In this document: piece by piece, positions 25,558-34,141 of the stretch
How the letters are laid out: each line of letters begins with the position of its first letter
How positions within the stretch are numbered: position 1 is the stretch's first letter
Source of the DNA: a virus
Virus genome (UHGV): UHGV-0461192
Direction: 5' to 3' (one strand)
Length of the DNA stretch: 34,141 bases
Notes under the pieces: generated by a model
What the model was told of the DNA's origin: nothing
Databases searched by the model: none
Seen by the model: the letters and a program-made list of their open reading frames with translations, nothing else
Translations under genes and position numbers: made by a program

Positions 25558-27128
25558 CTGCTCCGCAGCAGCTGCTCGGGCCTGACGGTAAAACGCCACT
25601 ACGCCGTTACGCGGGGTATAACGGCGGCGGTCCCGGTTTCGGTGGCCAGCTGATTGACTGGAACGCACCACAGCAGAGCGCCGACGCAGCACTGTTGCCG
25701 AATTTTTATCGCGGTAACGCGCGAGCAGACGATCTCGTTCGCAATAACGGCGTCGCGTCGAACGCCGTGCAGCTGCACCAGGATCATATCGTCGGCAATC
25801 TGTTTAAGTTGAGTTATCGCCCTAACTGGCGTTACCTCGGCATATCTCGCGAGGACGCCAGGGCGCTGGCGCGTGACGTCGAGGTAGCGTGGACTGAATA
25901 CGCCGAGGACCCTCACTGCACGATTGATATCGAGCGGAAACGGACGTTCACAATGATGATCCGCGAGGGCGTGGCTACTCACGCTTTCAACGGTGAAACC
26001 TGCGTACAACCAGTCTGGGAGAGTAGTGCCGGCAGCGTTTTTCGGACGCGATTCAAAATGGTCTCACCGAAACGGATTCGAAATCCGGGTTACGCAGCTG
26101 ACACTCAATTTCGCCGCGCCGGTGTTGATATCGATAAAAACGGGGCCGCGGTCGGGTACTGGATAGCCGAGGATACTTACCCTCTCGGCGGAGTCGGTAA
26201 ATGCCGGCGTATCCCAGCACAGCTCAGCAGCGGCAGACACGCATTCATCCACATATTCGAGCCGCTCGAGGACGGACAGACCCGCGGGGACAATATTTTT
26301 TACAGCGTCATGGAGCGCCTGAAAATGCTCGACACACTGCAGCAAACACAACTGCAGAGCGCCATTGTGAAGGCGATGTATGCCGCGACAATCGAATCAG
26401 AGCTCGACAGCCAGCAGGCGTTTGAATATATCGCCGGCGCGGGTACTGATATCGACTCGAACCCGCTGAATTCGTTTATTCAGAGTTACGTGACGTACTA
26501 CAACGGCGCAAATATCAAGCTCGGTGGTGTGAAAGTTCCCCACCTGCATCCCGGCGACAAACTCAGTTTACAGACCGCTCAGAATGCTGATGCTGGTTTT
26601 AGTTCACTGGAAAAATCACTCCTGCGTTACGTTGCAGCTGGCGTTGGCGCGTCATACGAAGAACTTAGCCGGGACTACAGCCAGGTCAGTTACTCCAGCG
26701 CCCGGGCCAGTGCTAACGTCAGCTGGCGATTTTTCATGGGGCGTCGACGTTTTATCGCCGCGCGACAGGCGTCGCTGATGTTCTGCTGCTGGTTTGAAGA
26801 GGCGCTGGCACGCGGAATTATCACCCTGCCACGCTCAGCTGTCCGGTCGTTTTATGAGGCGCGGAACTCCTGGACGAACGCGCTCTGGATCGGCGCTGGT
26901 CGCATGGCGATTGATGGGCTGAAAGAGGTTCAGGAGAGCGCCATGCGCATCACAACTGGCCTCAGCACGTATCAGAACGAACTGGCGCTGCAGGGACAGG
27001 ATTACGAGGAGGTTATGGAGCAGCAGGAATACGAAATTCAGCGCCGGCGTGAAATGGGGCTGAGCGAACCGTCATGGTCTGTATCTCACCCCTCAAATAC
27101 CAACGATAACGGCTGGGGAGGTAACTGA
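25554..27128 (+). CDS. portal protein (lambda gpB-like)
   Basis: 524-aa ORF with long collinear matches to lambda gpB (LLGPDG...LREYAGY.GGG.GFGGQL; LPNFYRGNARADDLVRNNG; RKRTFTMMIREGVA; GRMAIDGLKEVQE). Confidence 0.93.
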   Translation: MTAPQQLLGPDGKTPLRRYAGYNGGGPGFGGQLIDWNAPQQSADAALLPNFYRGNARADDLVRNNGVASNAVQLHQDHIVGNLFKLSYRPNWRYLGISREDARALARDVEVAWTEYAEDPHCTIDIERKRTFTMMIREGVATHAFNGETCVQPVWESSAGSVFRTRFKMVSPKRIRNPGYAADTQFRRAGVDIDKNGAAVGYWIAEDTYPLGGVGKCRRIPAQLSSGRHAFIHIFEPLEDGQTRGDNIFYSVMERLKMLDTLQQTQLQSAIVKAMYAATIESELDSQQAFEYIAGAGTDIDSNPLNSFIQSYVTYYNGANIKLGGVKVPHLHPGDKLSLQTAQNADAGFSSLEKSLLRYVAAGVGASYEELSRDYSQVSYSSARASANVSWRFFMGRRRFIAARQASLMFCCWFEEALARGIITLPRSAVRSFYEARNSWTNALWIGAGRMAIDGLKEVQESAMRITTGLSTYQNELALQGQDYEEVMEQQEYEIQRRREMGLSEPSWSVSHPSNTNDNGWGGN

Positions 27129-28435
27129 TGCCGTGGAACAATTTTCCGCACCTCGCCGCCAGGGCGTTCAATCAACCGCTTTTGCTGGAGCCCACCTACG
27201 CGCGGGTATTTTTTTCGGCGCTGAGCGACCGGTTCGGTACCGGGCGACTGATTGATACAGCGTCTGGAGAGGTAATGAACAGCGACGAAATGAACGCGCT
27301 CGCGATGGGGTGGGACAGCAGCGAGCGAACACGCCAGAAATCGTATCGCGTGGAGCGTGGTATAGCCGTTCTGCCGGTTACCGGGACGCTGGTTCATAAA
27401 TTGGGTTATATCAACCCAGTTAGCGGGATGAGCGGTTACAACGGAATCGCAAAACGCCTGCAGCAGGCGATTTCTGATCCCGATGTAAGAGGGGTCCTGC
27501 TTGATATTGACTCCCCTGGCGGTGAAGTCGCCGGCGCGTTTGATACTGCTGATTTAATCGCCCGGGCGCGAGAGCAAAAACCTGTGTGGGCGCTGGCCAG
27601 CGATACGGCCTGCAGCGCTGCCTATTTGCTGGCGTCAGCGTGTTCGCGCCGGCTGATAACGCAGACAGGCACAGTTGGTTCAATCGGTGTCCTGATGGCT
27701 CACCGCTGCGTCGAAAAAGCGCTGGAGATTGCTGGCGTCGACGTGACGCTGATTTACGCCGGCGCGCACAAAGTTGACGGGAACCCGTATTCCCAGCTGC
27801 CAGGCGACGTTCGCGACGAATTCCAGCTGAGTATTAACAGCACGCGCGAGCAGTTCGCGCAAAAAGTCTCGGATTATACCGGGCTGAAAAAATCCAGGGT
27901 GCTGGCCACGGAAGCTGCAGTATTTATCGGCGCGGACGCGATTAAATCTGGTCTCGCTGATCAACTCGTTAATTACGCGGACGCTATCGCAGTGATGGCC
28001 GACGCACTGAAACCAAAAATGGAGCGCTTTATGTCTGGTACAGAAACCACGGCGGAGACCACGACCACAGAACAAACCGCGACCACGACTACTGTCGCGC
28101 AGGTTGAGTTTAACACGGAGCAGATTCGCGCGGACGCCGCATCAAGCGAACTGGCGCGTGTGATGGCCATCATCAATTGTCCCGAAGCTGTTGGGCGCGA
28201 GGCGCAGGCAAAAGCGCTCGCTGGCGTCCCCGGGATGACGGTCGGGCAGGCGCAGGTAGTCCTCGCTGCAGCACCTAAAACGGCGCAGGCGCGGACAGAA
28301 ACGGCGCTCGATACACTAATGAGCACTGAATCACCAGCGACTATTCAGGATGCTGGCAGTACTACGGCAACAGGAACAACCGCAAACGTCTCGATGCTGG
28401 TTGCTGCAGGGCGTTCAATTTTAGGGGATGAATAA
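27128..28435 (+). CDS. head maturation protease / scaffold (lambda gpC-like, S49 ClpP-type)
   Basis: 435-aa ORF; GIAVLPVTGTLV...MSGYNGIAKRLQQA, KPVWALASDTACSAAYLLASA and TGSIGV... parallel lambda gpC. Confidence 0.9.
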   Translation: MPWNNFPHLAARAFNQPLLLEPTYARVFFSALSDRFGTGRLIDTASGEVMNSDEMNALAMGWDSSERTRQKSYRVERGIAVLPVTGTLVHKLGYINPVSGMSGYNGIAKRLQQAISDPDVRGVLLDIDSPGGEVAGAFDTADLIARAREQKPVWALASDTACSAAYLLASACSRRLITQTGTVGSIGVLMAHRCVEKALEIAGVDVTLIYAGAHKVDGNPYSQLPGDVRDEFQLSINSTREQFAQKVSDYTGLKKSRVLATEAAVFIGADAIKSGLADQLVNYADAIAVMADALKPKMERFMSGTETTAETTTTEQTATTTTVAQVEFNTEQIRADAASSELARVMAIINCPEAVGREAQAKALAGVPGMTVGQAQVVLAAAPKTAQARTETALDTLMSTESPATIQDAGSTTATGTTANVSMLVAAGRSILGDE

Positions 28436-28764
28436 TGACTACAGAAACGTATAGCCCGGACGATTTTATTCTTGGGCCTGACCTTGTTGTCACGACCGTC
28501 GGTCATTTTCAGGGCGGGATCAACGTACCCCGGCTGACACCGATTATGCTCGACGCTACTGTCGGGACGTTTAAGGTTTGGGACGGCTCAGTCGGTAAAG
28601 CTATTGGCCTCACTGCCACCGCAGTTAATACTGGCTCCAGTTCTGCAGACTGCTCGTACTATAAATCAGGCTCGTTCCGTTACACGGCGATTAACTGGGG
28701 TACGGTTACCGACGTAGCTAAACGCAAATCAGCATTTGCGGGTACGCCGATCAGCGTCGGCTGA
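28435..28764 (+). CDS. head decoration protein (lambda gpD-like)
   Basis: 109-aa ORF; YYKSGSFRYTAINW...KRKSAFAGTPISVG parallels lambda gpD (FYKSGTFRYEDVLW...KKRTAFAGTAISIV). Confidence 0.88.
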   Translation: MTTETYSPDDFILGPDLVVTTVGHFQGGINVPRLTPIMLDATVGTFKVWDGSVGKAIGLTATAVNTGSSSADCSYYKSGSFRYTAINWGTVTDVAKRKSAFAGTPISVG

Positions 28765-28783
28765 TAGCAAAAAACTCAAAACA

Positions 28784-28808
28784 AGCCGCCTCCGGGCGGT
28801 TTTTTTAT
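28784..28808 (+). terminator. intra-operon hairpin plus T-run between the D-like and E-like genes
   Basis: CCGCC-TCCG-GGCGG stem followed by TTTTTTTAT. Confidence 0.35.
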
Positions 28809-28822
28809 AACAGGATATATAA

Positions 28823-29857
28823 ATGAGCGATTCGTTTACTACGTCAGAACTGATTACCGCGACACAGCAGGTATTTAAGTTCAATCCGTTGTTTTTAAAG
28901 CTGTTTTTCCGTGAGACCTACACGTTTACGAGCGAAGAGGTTTTTCTGGATAAAATCCCGGGAAAAGTGAACATGGCCGTGTACTGCGCGCCGATGATCA
29001 CCGGCAAAGTTGACCGCACTCGCGGCTATTCAACGAACCATTTCAAACCGGGTTACACGAAACCCAAGCACACGATCAATCCGAATATGAGCATCAAGCG
29101 CGCAGCCGGTGAGCAGATTGGCCAGCCGGAAACGCCGGTCGAACGTCGTGCAAAAATCATCATGCAGAACCTGCTTGATGAGGAACTGAGCATCAGCCAG
29201 CTCGAAGAGTTCCAGGCGGTACAGGCTGTTCTGTACGGTAAATACACTGTTTCCGGCAGCAATATCGAGACCTATGAGATCGACATGAGCCGCAGCGCGA
29301 CGAATAACGTCACTCAGTCCGGTTCGACAGCCTGGTCGACTCAGGACGCGGAAACGTATGACCCGAGCGACGATATTGAATCCTACGCGGACCTCGCCTC
29401 CGGTGCGGTTAACGTGATCATCATGGATGGTAAAGCCTGGAAGCAGTTGAAGCGTTTTAAAAAATTCTGGACGGCACTGGATACGCGCCGTGGCTCAAAC
29501 AGCCAGCTCGAGGTCGCGCTGAAAAACCTGGGCGACGTTGTCAGCTTTAAAGGCTACTACGGCGACACTGCGCTGTTTGTCTACAAAGGGCAATACCTCG
29601 ACCCGGTAACAGACACTGAAACGCGTTATATGCCGGATAACACGATGATCCTTGGCAACACAAAAAACCGCGGGCTCCGCACTTATGGCGCAATTCAGGA
29701 CGAAGACGCGCTGAAAGAGGGTATTTCCGAAGCGACGCGCTATCCAAAAGTCTGGACCACTACCGGTGATCCGGCAGTGACGCAAACAATGACGCAATCC
29801 GCGCCAGCAATGGTCCTCACGGACGCCGACGCGTTCGTTGTCGTAAAAATCGCGTAA
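28823..29857 (+). CDS. major capsid protein (lambda gpE-like)
   Basis: 344-aa ORF collinear with lambda gpE (FKFNPLFLKLFFRE, IPGKVNMA, DTRRGSNSQLE, LPDNTMILGNTKNRGLRTYG, YPKVWTTTGDPA). Confidence 0.95.
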   Translation: MSDSFTTSELITATQQVFKFNPLFLKLFFRETYTFTSEEVFLDKIPGKVNMAVYCAPMITGKVDRTRGYSTNHFKPGYTKPKHTINPNMSIKRAAGEQIGQPETPVERRAKIIMQNLLDEELSISQLEEFQAVQAVLYGKYTVSGSNIETYEIDMSRSATNNVTQSGSTAWSTQDAETYDPSDDIESYADLASGAVNVIIMDGKAWKQLKRFKKFWTALDTRRGSNSQLEVALKNLGDVVSFKGYYGDTALFVYKGQYLDPVTDTETRYMPDNTMILGNTKNRGLRTYGAIQDEDALKEGISEATRYPKVWTTTGDPAVTQTMTQSAPAMVLTDADAFVVVKIA

Positions 29858-29880
29858 GAGTCGAAAGGCTCTTTTTTGTT
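29856..29880 (+). terminator. weak hairpin plus T-run after the major capsid gene
   Basis: AAGAG-TCGAAAGG-CTCTT followed by TTTTGTT. Confidence 0.3.
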
Positions 29881-29891
29881 AAGGAATCAAC

Positions 29892-30311
29892 ATGAGCACA
29901 AAAACAGAATTGCTGGCGCGTATTGACGATCTGAGCGCTCAGCTCGGTCGCGAATTACCGCGCAGCGGGACTATTGCGGAACTGGAATCAATCGTTGCCG
30001 GCGCTGAGTCAGAGCTCGATATTCTGAACGAGCAATCCGGTGACGCGGGAGGCATCGAGATTACAGTGAATACTGCGTCCGGGACCGATAATGAACTCGC
30101 TCAATCAATCGCGAGCGCTATCGTTTCACAGTCACAAGAGCAGGAGCTCGCACCGGCTACGCGCCGCGTCAAGTTGCGTAACACGCTGGACGTTTATCAC
30201 TACGTGAACGGGCGTCGCGTTCGCGAGATTGTTGCCGCAGGCCGTGAAATTGTTGTTGATTCACCGGAGGTCGCAGACCTTATCGCAGCTGATCACGTTT
30301 ACGCTCTATGA
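29892..30311 (+). CDS. DNA packaging protein FI-like
   Basis: 139-aa ORF; N-terminus TELLARIDDLSAQLGREL...ELESIVAGAESEL parallels lambda gpFI. Confidence 0.75.
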   Translation: MSTKTELLARIDDLSAQLGRELPRSGTIAELESIVAGAESELDILNEQSGDAGGIEITVNTASGTDNELAQSIASAIVSQSQEQELAPATRRVKLRNTLDVYHYVNGRRVREIVAAGREIVVDSPEVADLIAADHVYAL

Positions 30312-30688
30312 GCTACTACGATGACCTCCGGGCCGGCGACGAGGAGATGATCCGTGAGTGGGGACGGCCCGTTAAATTACGCGGTAAAACCGACCCCATT
30401 ATCGCTATTTTCAACGAGCCTTACGCGCGCGTTGACGTTCCTCACGCTGGTTTTATTACCGGTACAGTAACGAGCCTGACGGCGCTCTCGGACGACGTCG
30501 CTGGCGTTGTTGCGCGTGACGTCGTCCAGGTTCCAAAGCAGCGCAGCATCGAACCTGACGGCTCTGTTACCTGGTCTGGCTGGACCGATTACGTGGTTAA
30601 AGAGCCTCAACCTGATGGCACAGGGCTCACGAATATTTTTTTAGAGCCTCACACGTCCAGCGAAAACAGCGAGTATTCAAAATACTAA
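30308..30688 (+). CDS. head-tail connector FII-like
   Basis: 126-aa ORF at the position of lambda gpFII with weak N-terminal resemblance; 4-nt overlap with the FI-like gene. Confidence 0.55.
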   Translation: MSYYDDLRAGDEEMIREWGRPVKLRGKTDPIIAIFNEPYARVDVPHAGFITGTVTSLTALSDDVAGVVARDVVQVPKQRSIEPDGSVTWSGWTDYVVKEPQPDGTGLTNIFLEPHTSSENSEYSKY

Positions 30689-30719
30689 GTGGGACCTCGG
30701 TCCCACTTAAGGGGGAACC

Positions 30720-31400
30720 GTGGCCGATTTACGTAGTAACGCGCAGATGTTCGATATCGATGTTTCGGCGCTGGAGCAGCTCAGAGTCGAAATCAGCGCG
30801 ACGCAACATCAAATGTTAATGGTATACAACAGGGCGCTGAACCGAACTGCAAAACATATGCACCGAATTTCAGCAGGAATGATTTTGACTGCACTGGCAG
30901 CTAAAAATCATAAGGCCGTAGATAAACGAATCAAGCCGTTCATTAAGCGCCGTAATTTTACAAAAGAAGGGGCAGGAGACCTGAGCAGCGCCAAGCTCTG
31001 GTACGGTCTGAATGATTTCCGGGTATCTGAGCTAAAGGGGCGATTACAAAATCCACGGAGGCAAAAACAGCCTCGCGATCTTGAGACCGGCCTGTTTTTG
31101 AAAACCAAAAAAGGCGCTAGAGGGGCAACTTTTACACCCAAAAGTGCAGGGCTGGCGATGATGAGTTGGCCCGATTCATTCGTAGCGAAACGCTACGGTG
31201 CGAAAAGTGTCTGGATTCGACTGGATCGCGGAGGAATCGAAGAGGCTCGCGTACCTGTGCACGACGCGCTGGAGGATGCTATCGATGATTATATTTTTGA
31301 AAACATTGGCCCTGTTTTTATGGGCTTTTTTGAGAAAGATTTGCGCGGTCGCGTGAAAGGTAATGTCCACGTAGACCCAAAAACAGGTAAACGATTATGA
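30720..31400 (+). CDS. putative virion/tail assembly protein (minor tail protein Z-like?)
   Basis: 226-aa basic ORF, GTG start after an AAGGGGGAA RBS; sits after the head-completion genes. Confidence 0.45.
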   Translation: MADLRSNAQMFDIDVSALEQLRVEISATQHQMLMVYNRALNRTAKHMHRISAGMILTALAAKNHKAVDKRIKPFIKRRNFTKEGAGDLSSAKLWYGLNDFRVSELKGRLQNPRRQKQPRDLETGLFLKTKKGARGATFTPKSAGLAMMSWPDSFVAKRYGAKSVWIRLDRGGIEEARVPVHDALEDAIDDYIFENIGPVFMGFFEKDLRGRVKGNVHVDPKTGKRL

Positions 31401-31933
31401 GCGGACTGGATGCATTTGACGAATATCTTGATCGCGTTAAAGGCGCGGTTTTACAAATACCGTTCATCAAAACATTCGGAATTTATCCGGAAATTCCGGC
31501 TGGATTTGAAACGCCAGCTCTGTTCCTGGAAATCAGCAACTGGTCACAGAGTGACGAATCGGTTCCAGGCTCAATTCAGTCAGTCGAGCTGTCGTGTAAT
31601 TTGTATTTGCTGCGTGAATTTGCAGCTGATCAGTACGGACTGAAATCGCAGAATGCAGCGCTCTATATGACGAGCTGGATCAATGGGCGAATGTTCGGTC
31701 CCGGAACTAAACCGGCAAAATTCAGCGACGCGGAACCGTGCGACTGGATTAAAAACGGGCAGTCAGTCGGTTCGCATTCAGTTCAGTGCGTGTCGTTCAC
31801 GCAGGTTGTAGGCGTTGGTCCAGATATTTTCGATTATCCCTCACAGGGGACCCTGAAAAATATATACGTCGGAATAGCACCAGATATCGGCGCAGAACAT
31901 GAGGGCGACTATTATGGCCCAATCGGACGATGA
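31397..31933 (+). CDS. putative tail-completion/virion protein
   Basis: 178-aa ORF overlapping neighbours; no recognisable motif. Confidence 0.4.
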   Translation: MSGLDAFDEYLDRVKGAVLQIPFIKTFGIYPEIPAGFETPALFLEISNWSQSDESVPGSIQSVELSCNLYLLREFAADQYGLKSQNAALYMTSWINGRMFGPGTKPAKFSDAEPCDWIKNGQSVGSHSVQCVSFTQVVGVGPDIFDYPSQGTLKNIYVGIAPDIGAEHEGDYYGPIGR

Positions 31934-32420
31934 ATATGCTGCAGCGGAGAACGCGCGCAGGCTGCGTGACGCAGTTAAACGCGGCACGATAGCTGCAGTT
32001 AAAATGAATCCTCCACGCTGCCGAGTCTCATTTGGTGGCGAACACCAGTCAGGCTGGCTGCAGTGGTTTACTCACGCCACCTCAGAACGCGTCGACTGGA
32101 GCGCACCATCAGTGGGCGATCCCGTTACTGTTGTTTCTGAGGGTGGGGATACGCGGAACGGTGTAGTTATGCTCGGGCTGCACATTGACGACAAAGCTCC
32201 GCCAAGCAATGACCCCCATGATCATGTCACTGCATACTGTGACGGGGCTACGATGACGTATAACACAAAAAATCACACTCTGACTTGTCATGGCTACCCC
32301 ATTTGCACGCTGAGTTTGATTTCTGTGCAGTACGGAGCCTGCCCGACGCCAGCGATCACATCCTCTGTTGGCGATATCAGAATCACACGTTCAGTGCCGT
32401 CACGATGTATCGCGTCGTAA
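31914..32420 (+). CDS. baseplate hub/spike protein gpV-like, N-terminal portion only (interrupted at the inverted-repeat junction)
   Basis: PRCRVSFGGEHQSGWLQWFTHATSERVDWSAPSVGDPV...HVTAYCDGATMTYNTKNHTLT parallels the N-terminal half of P2 gpV; after 32284 the frame runs antisense through the 3' end of the J-like gene. Confidence 0.6.
   Translation: MAQSDDEYAAAENARRLRDAVKRGTIAAVKMNPPRCRVSFGGEHQSGWLQWFTHATSERVDWSAPSVGDPVTVVSEGGDTRNGVVMLGLHIDDKAPPSNDPHDHVTAYCDGATMTYNTKNHTLTCHGYPICTLSLISVQYGACPTPAITSSVGDIRITRSVPSRCIAS
32230..32284. repeat. inverted repeat, left copy (55 bp, perfect)
   Basis: CTGCATACTGTGACGGGGCTACGATGACGTATAACACAAAAAATCACACTCTGAC is the exact reverse complement of 34087-34141. 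Confidence 0.95.
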
Positions 32421-33214
32421 ATTCCTGACAGAGCTGCCGTCGCTCCGATTTTATGTTGCGTATCCACATATATCGCCAAATCGCTCTGAGCACCGTTAAG
32501 CAAAACGTTCTGGTCGGGTCCGAGCCCGGCTACGATAACGGCCTCAACCCGGTAATTCAGGTTCGACGCAGGTTTTACAGTCACGAAATCAGTCAGCGGT
32601 CGAGTATCGTCAGGAGACAGGGCCGCATTCACTGTATTCAGTAGTGATTGAGGCGGAGTGCCGTCGCCGGTTCGCGACAAGACATACATATCGACGTATC
32701 CAGGCTGGGTCACCGGCGGGCCGTACGCCTGAGCTGTCAGAACGTCGGGATCACTCGACAGCGCGAAATAGTTATAGGCGTTCGTACTGCCGGCAGTATT
32801 CCGCGCATACCATGATAGCTGTATTCGGTGTCGATACTCGTCGTCACTCTCGTAAACAGCCTCAGTCGGGGGAATTACATCGGGATTAGCTGGCGTTATC
32901 AACAGCCGCAGGCAGTCAAAATTAGCGCCAATCTGGTCGAGGTCACTCCCCTTTGCAAACGCGAGCAATACAGCGAGCATCCCCTGATTTACCCGAGCTG
33001 TAATAATGATTTCTCTGTATGCAACTATTTCCAGCAGTTTAACGGCCGGGTCTGACTCCAGGAGTGCGTTAAATTGTGGATATAATATCTGCAGCTCTGA
33101 CAGTAGATTAGATTTAACATCTGAAAATAACGGGGTTTTAACGAATGCTGGCGGCGGCAGCAGACTCATATCAATAGTTTTCACTATCGAATTCTGAACT
33201 GTTGATGTTATCAA
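32294..33214 (-). CDS. baseplate assembly protein J-like (P2 gpJ family)
   Basis: 306-aa ORF collinear with P2 gpJ (LLEIVAYREIIITARVNQG, GSDLDQIGANFDCLRLLITPA, PPTEAVYESDDEYRHRIQ, PYCTEIKLSV). Confidence 0.85.
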   Translation of the reverse strand: MITSTVQNSIVKTIDMSLLPPPAFVKTPLFSDVKSNLLSELQILYPQFNALLESDPAVKLLEIVAYREIIITARVNQGMLAVLLAFAKGSDLDQIGANFDCLRLLITPANPDVIPPTEAVYESDDEYRHRIQLSWYARNTAGSTNAYNYFALSSDPDVLTAQAYGPPVTQPGYVDMYVLSRTGDGTPPQSLLNTVNAALSPDDTRPLTDFVTVKPASNLNYRVEAVIVAGLGPDQNVLLNGAQSDLAIYVDTQHKIGATAALSGIYDAIHRDGTERVILISPTEDVIAGVGQAPYCTEIKLSVQMG

Positions 33215-33552
33215 AATATCAGCTCCATATTATTAAACTCTAATCGCTGTTGTGTTTCGATATCTGTTGCGATAATTAATATTGTTATTTTCCCGATATC
33301 CACTGCTAACACATTTATTCTGTCAATTCTGACGCGTGGTTCCCATCGTGCTATTGCGCCAGCGCTTTCCATGATTATTCGCATAGCAAGCGACGGATCT
33401 GTGGGATTATCAACAAGATCAAATAATTTGCTGCCATATTCCGGCAGCATTACACGCGTCCCCAGCGGGGTCGTTAAAATATCAACGATAGACTGACGAA
33501 TGTGATCAGTCCCCGATAAAAGTTTACCGGTGTTACGGTCCATTCCAAGCAT
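33211..33552 (-). CDS. baseplate wedge protein W-like (P2 gpW / GPW-gp25 family)
   Basis: MLGMDRNTGKLLSGTDHIRQSIVDILTTPLGTRVM...WEPRV parallels P2 gpW; internal Met chosen as start, ORF opens at 33600. Confidence 0.8.
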   Translation of the reverse strand: MLGMDRNTGKLLSGTDHIRQSIVDILTTPLGTRVMLPEYGSKLFDLVDNPTDPSLAMRIIMESAGAIARWEPRVRIDRINVLAVDIGKITILIIATDIETQQRLEFNNMELIF

Positions 33553-33554
33553 CT

Positions 33555-34141
33555 TTACGCCATTGGTTGGTTCGGTTGTTGAGTTTCCCCGTCCGGACAT
33601 ATATGAGTGTGTCCGTTATACGTTGTGCGGACTTCAGTTATTGTGCCTTGTCGGTCCTGCACCTCTTGCCCTGCTAACACACTACCGCGAGTTGTGATAT
33701 TACCTGTTCCACCGTTATCTCCAGTGACAGAAATATCGTTACGGAATGTCGCTAATTTATCTACTACTAATGTCTCGGTAATATGCGTTGGACCAGCTAG
33801 TGTTATACCACCCGGAGCCCACGCGCTGATTGTTTGAGCTGTCAGCGATATTCTGTTCGCAGCAGTAACACTAACAGAACTCGTTGCTATAACGTTCACT
33901 AAATCAGCATGTGCGTTAATTGTATCTGTCGCTGTGACATTAATAATATCAGCGTCTGCGTTAATTAATTTCCCACCATGGATATTAACTACATTTTCGC
34001 TATTAATAGTAACATCTGCGCGTCCAAATATTTCTATTTCAGACTCACCGAGTATTTTTACCACGCCGTCCGGTACGCCCTGCCATGTCAGAGTGTGATT
34101 TTTTGTGTTATACGTCATCGTAGCCCCGTCACAGTATGCAG
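33555..34141 (-). CDS. baseplate hub/spike protein gpV-like, C-terminal portion (frame open to the window edge)
   Basis: ORF begins MTYNTKNHTLTWQGVPDG..., continuing the sequence at which the plus-strand V fragment breaks; ends TYNGHTHICPDGETQQP, like the P2 gpV C-terminus. Confidence 0.65.
   Translation of the reverse strand, partial: AYCDGATMTYNTKNHTLTWQGVPDGVVKILGESEIEIFGRADVTINSENVVNIHGGKLINADADIINVTATDTINAHADLVNVIATSSVSVTAANRISLTAQTISAWAPGGITLAGPTHITETLVVDKLATFRNDISVTGDNGGTGNITTRGSVLAGQEVQDRQGTITEVRTTYNGHTHICPDGETQQPNQPMA
34087..34141. repeat. inverted repeat, right copy (55 bp, truncated by the window end)
   Basis: reverse complement of 32230-32284; identity runs to the last base of the window, so the true repeat may be longer. 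Confidence 0.95.

Noticed and set aside
27420-28326. Minus-strand ORFs inside the gpC-like gene and plus-strand ORFs 26201-26778 inside the portal gene
   Set aside because: Shadow ORFs within genes that match lambda homologues along their full length.
32453-33197. Plus-strand ORFs (63-81 aa) overlapping the J-like gene
   Set aside because: Antisense to a gene that matches P2 gpJ over its whole length.

Overview
The window starts with a chromosomal tRNA operon (tRNA-Gly GCC, tRNA-Cys GCA, tRNA-Leu TAA; the enterobacterial glyW-cysT-leuZ arrangement) and runs straight into a lambdoid prophage of the Gifsy/Rac type. In order: a convergent tyrosine integrase and excisionase; a leftward early operon (small CsrA-like ORF, Gp157-like protein, 738-aa protein with a Rad52/Erf-type annealing signature); an immunity region (XRE-HTH repressor with no autocleavage domain, flanked by TTTGTAAT operator repeats, then Cro-like YdaS and CII-like YdaT homologues); replication genes (O-like initiator, DnaB-family helicase); a block of small nin-like genes; an ORF6N-type antirepressor-like gene; a roughly 3.4 kb AT-rich cargo insertion bracketed by ~70 bp direct repeats (DUF1311/LprI-like lipoprotein, membrane-anchored orphan protein) and, just outside it, an ImmA/IrrE-type metallopeptidase paired with a membrane protein; a LexA-box-controlled small gene; YbcN/YbcO-like genes; a Q-type antiterminator with tR'-like terminator; a lysis cassette; a cos-like region; and a complete lambda-like head module (Nu1, A, W, B, C, D, E, FI, FII). 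The right end is the most unusual part: P2-type baseplate genes V, W and J follow the lambda-like head genes, but V is split by a perfect 55-bp inverted repeat whose second copy reaches the window edge, so the V C-terminus, W and J lie on the opposite strand. All calls rest on reading the ORF translations against remembered family signatures and gene order; no database search or folding program could be run.
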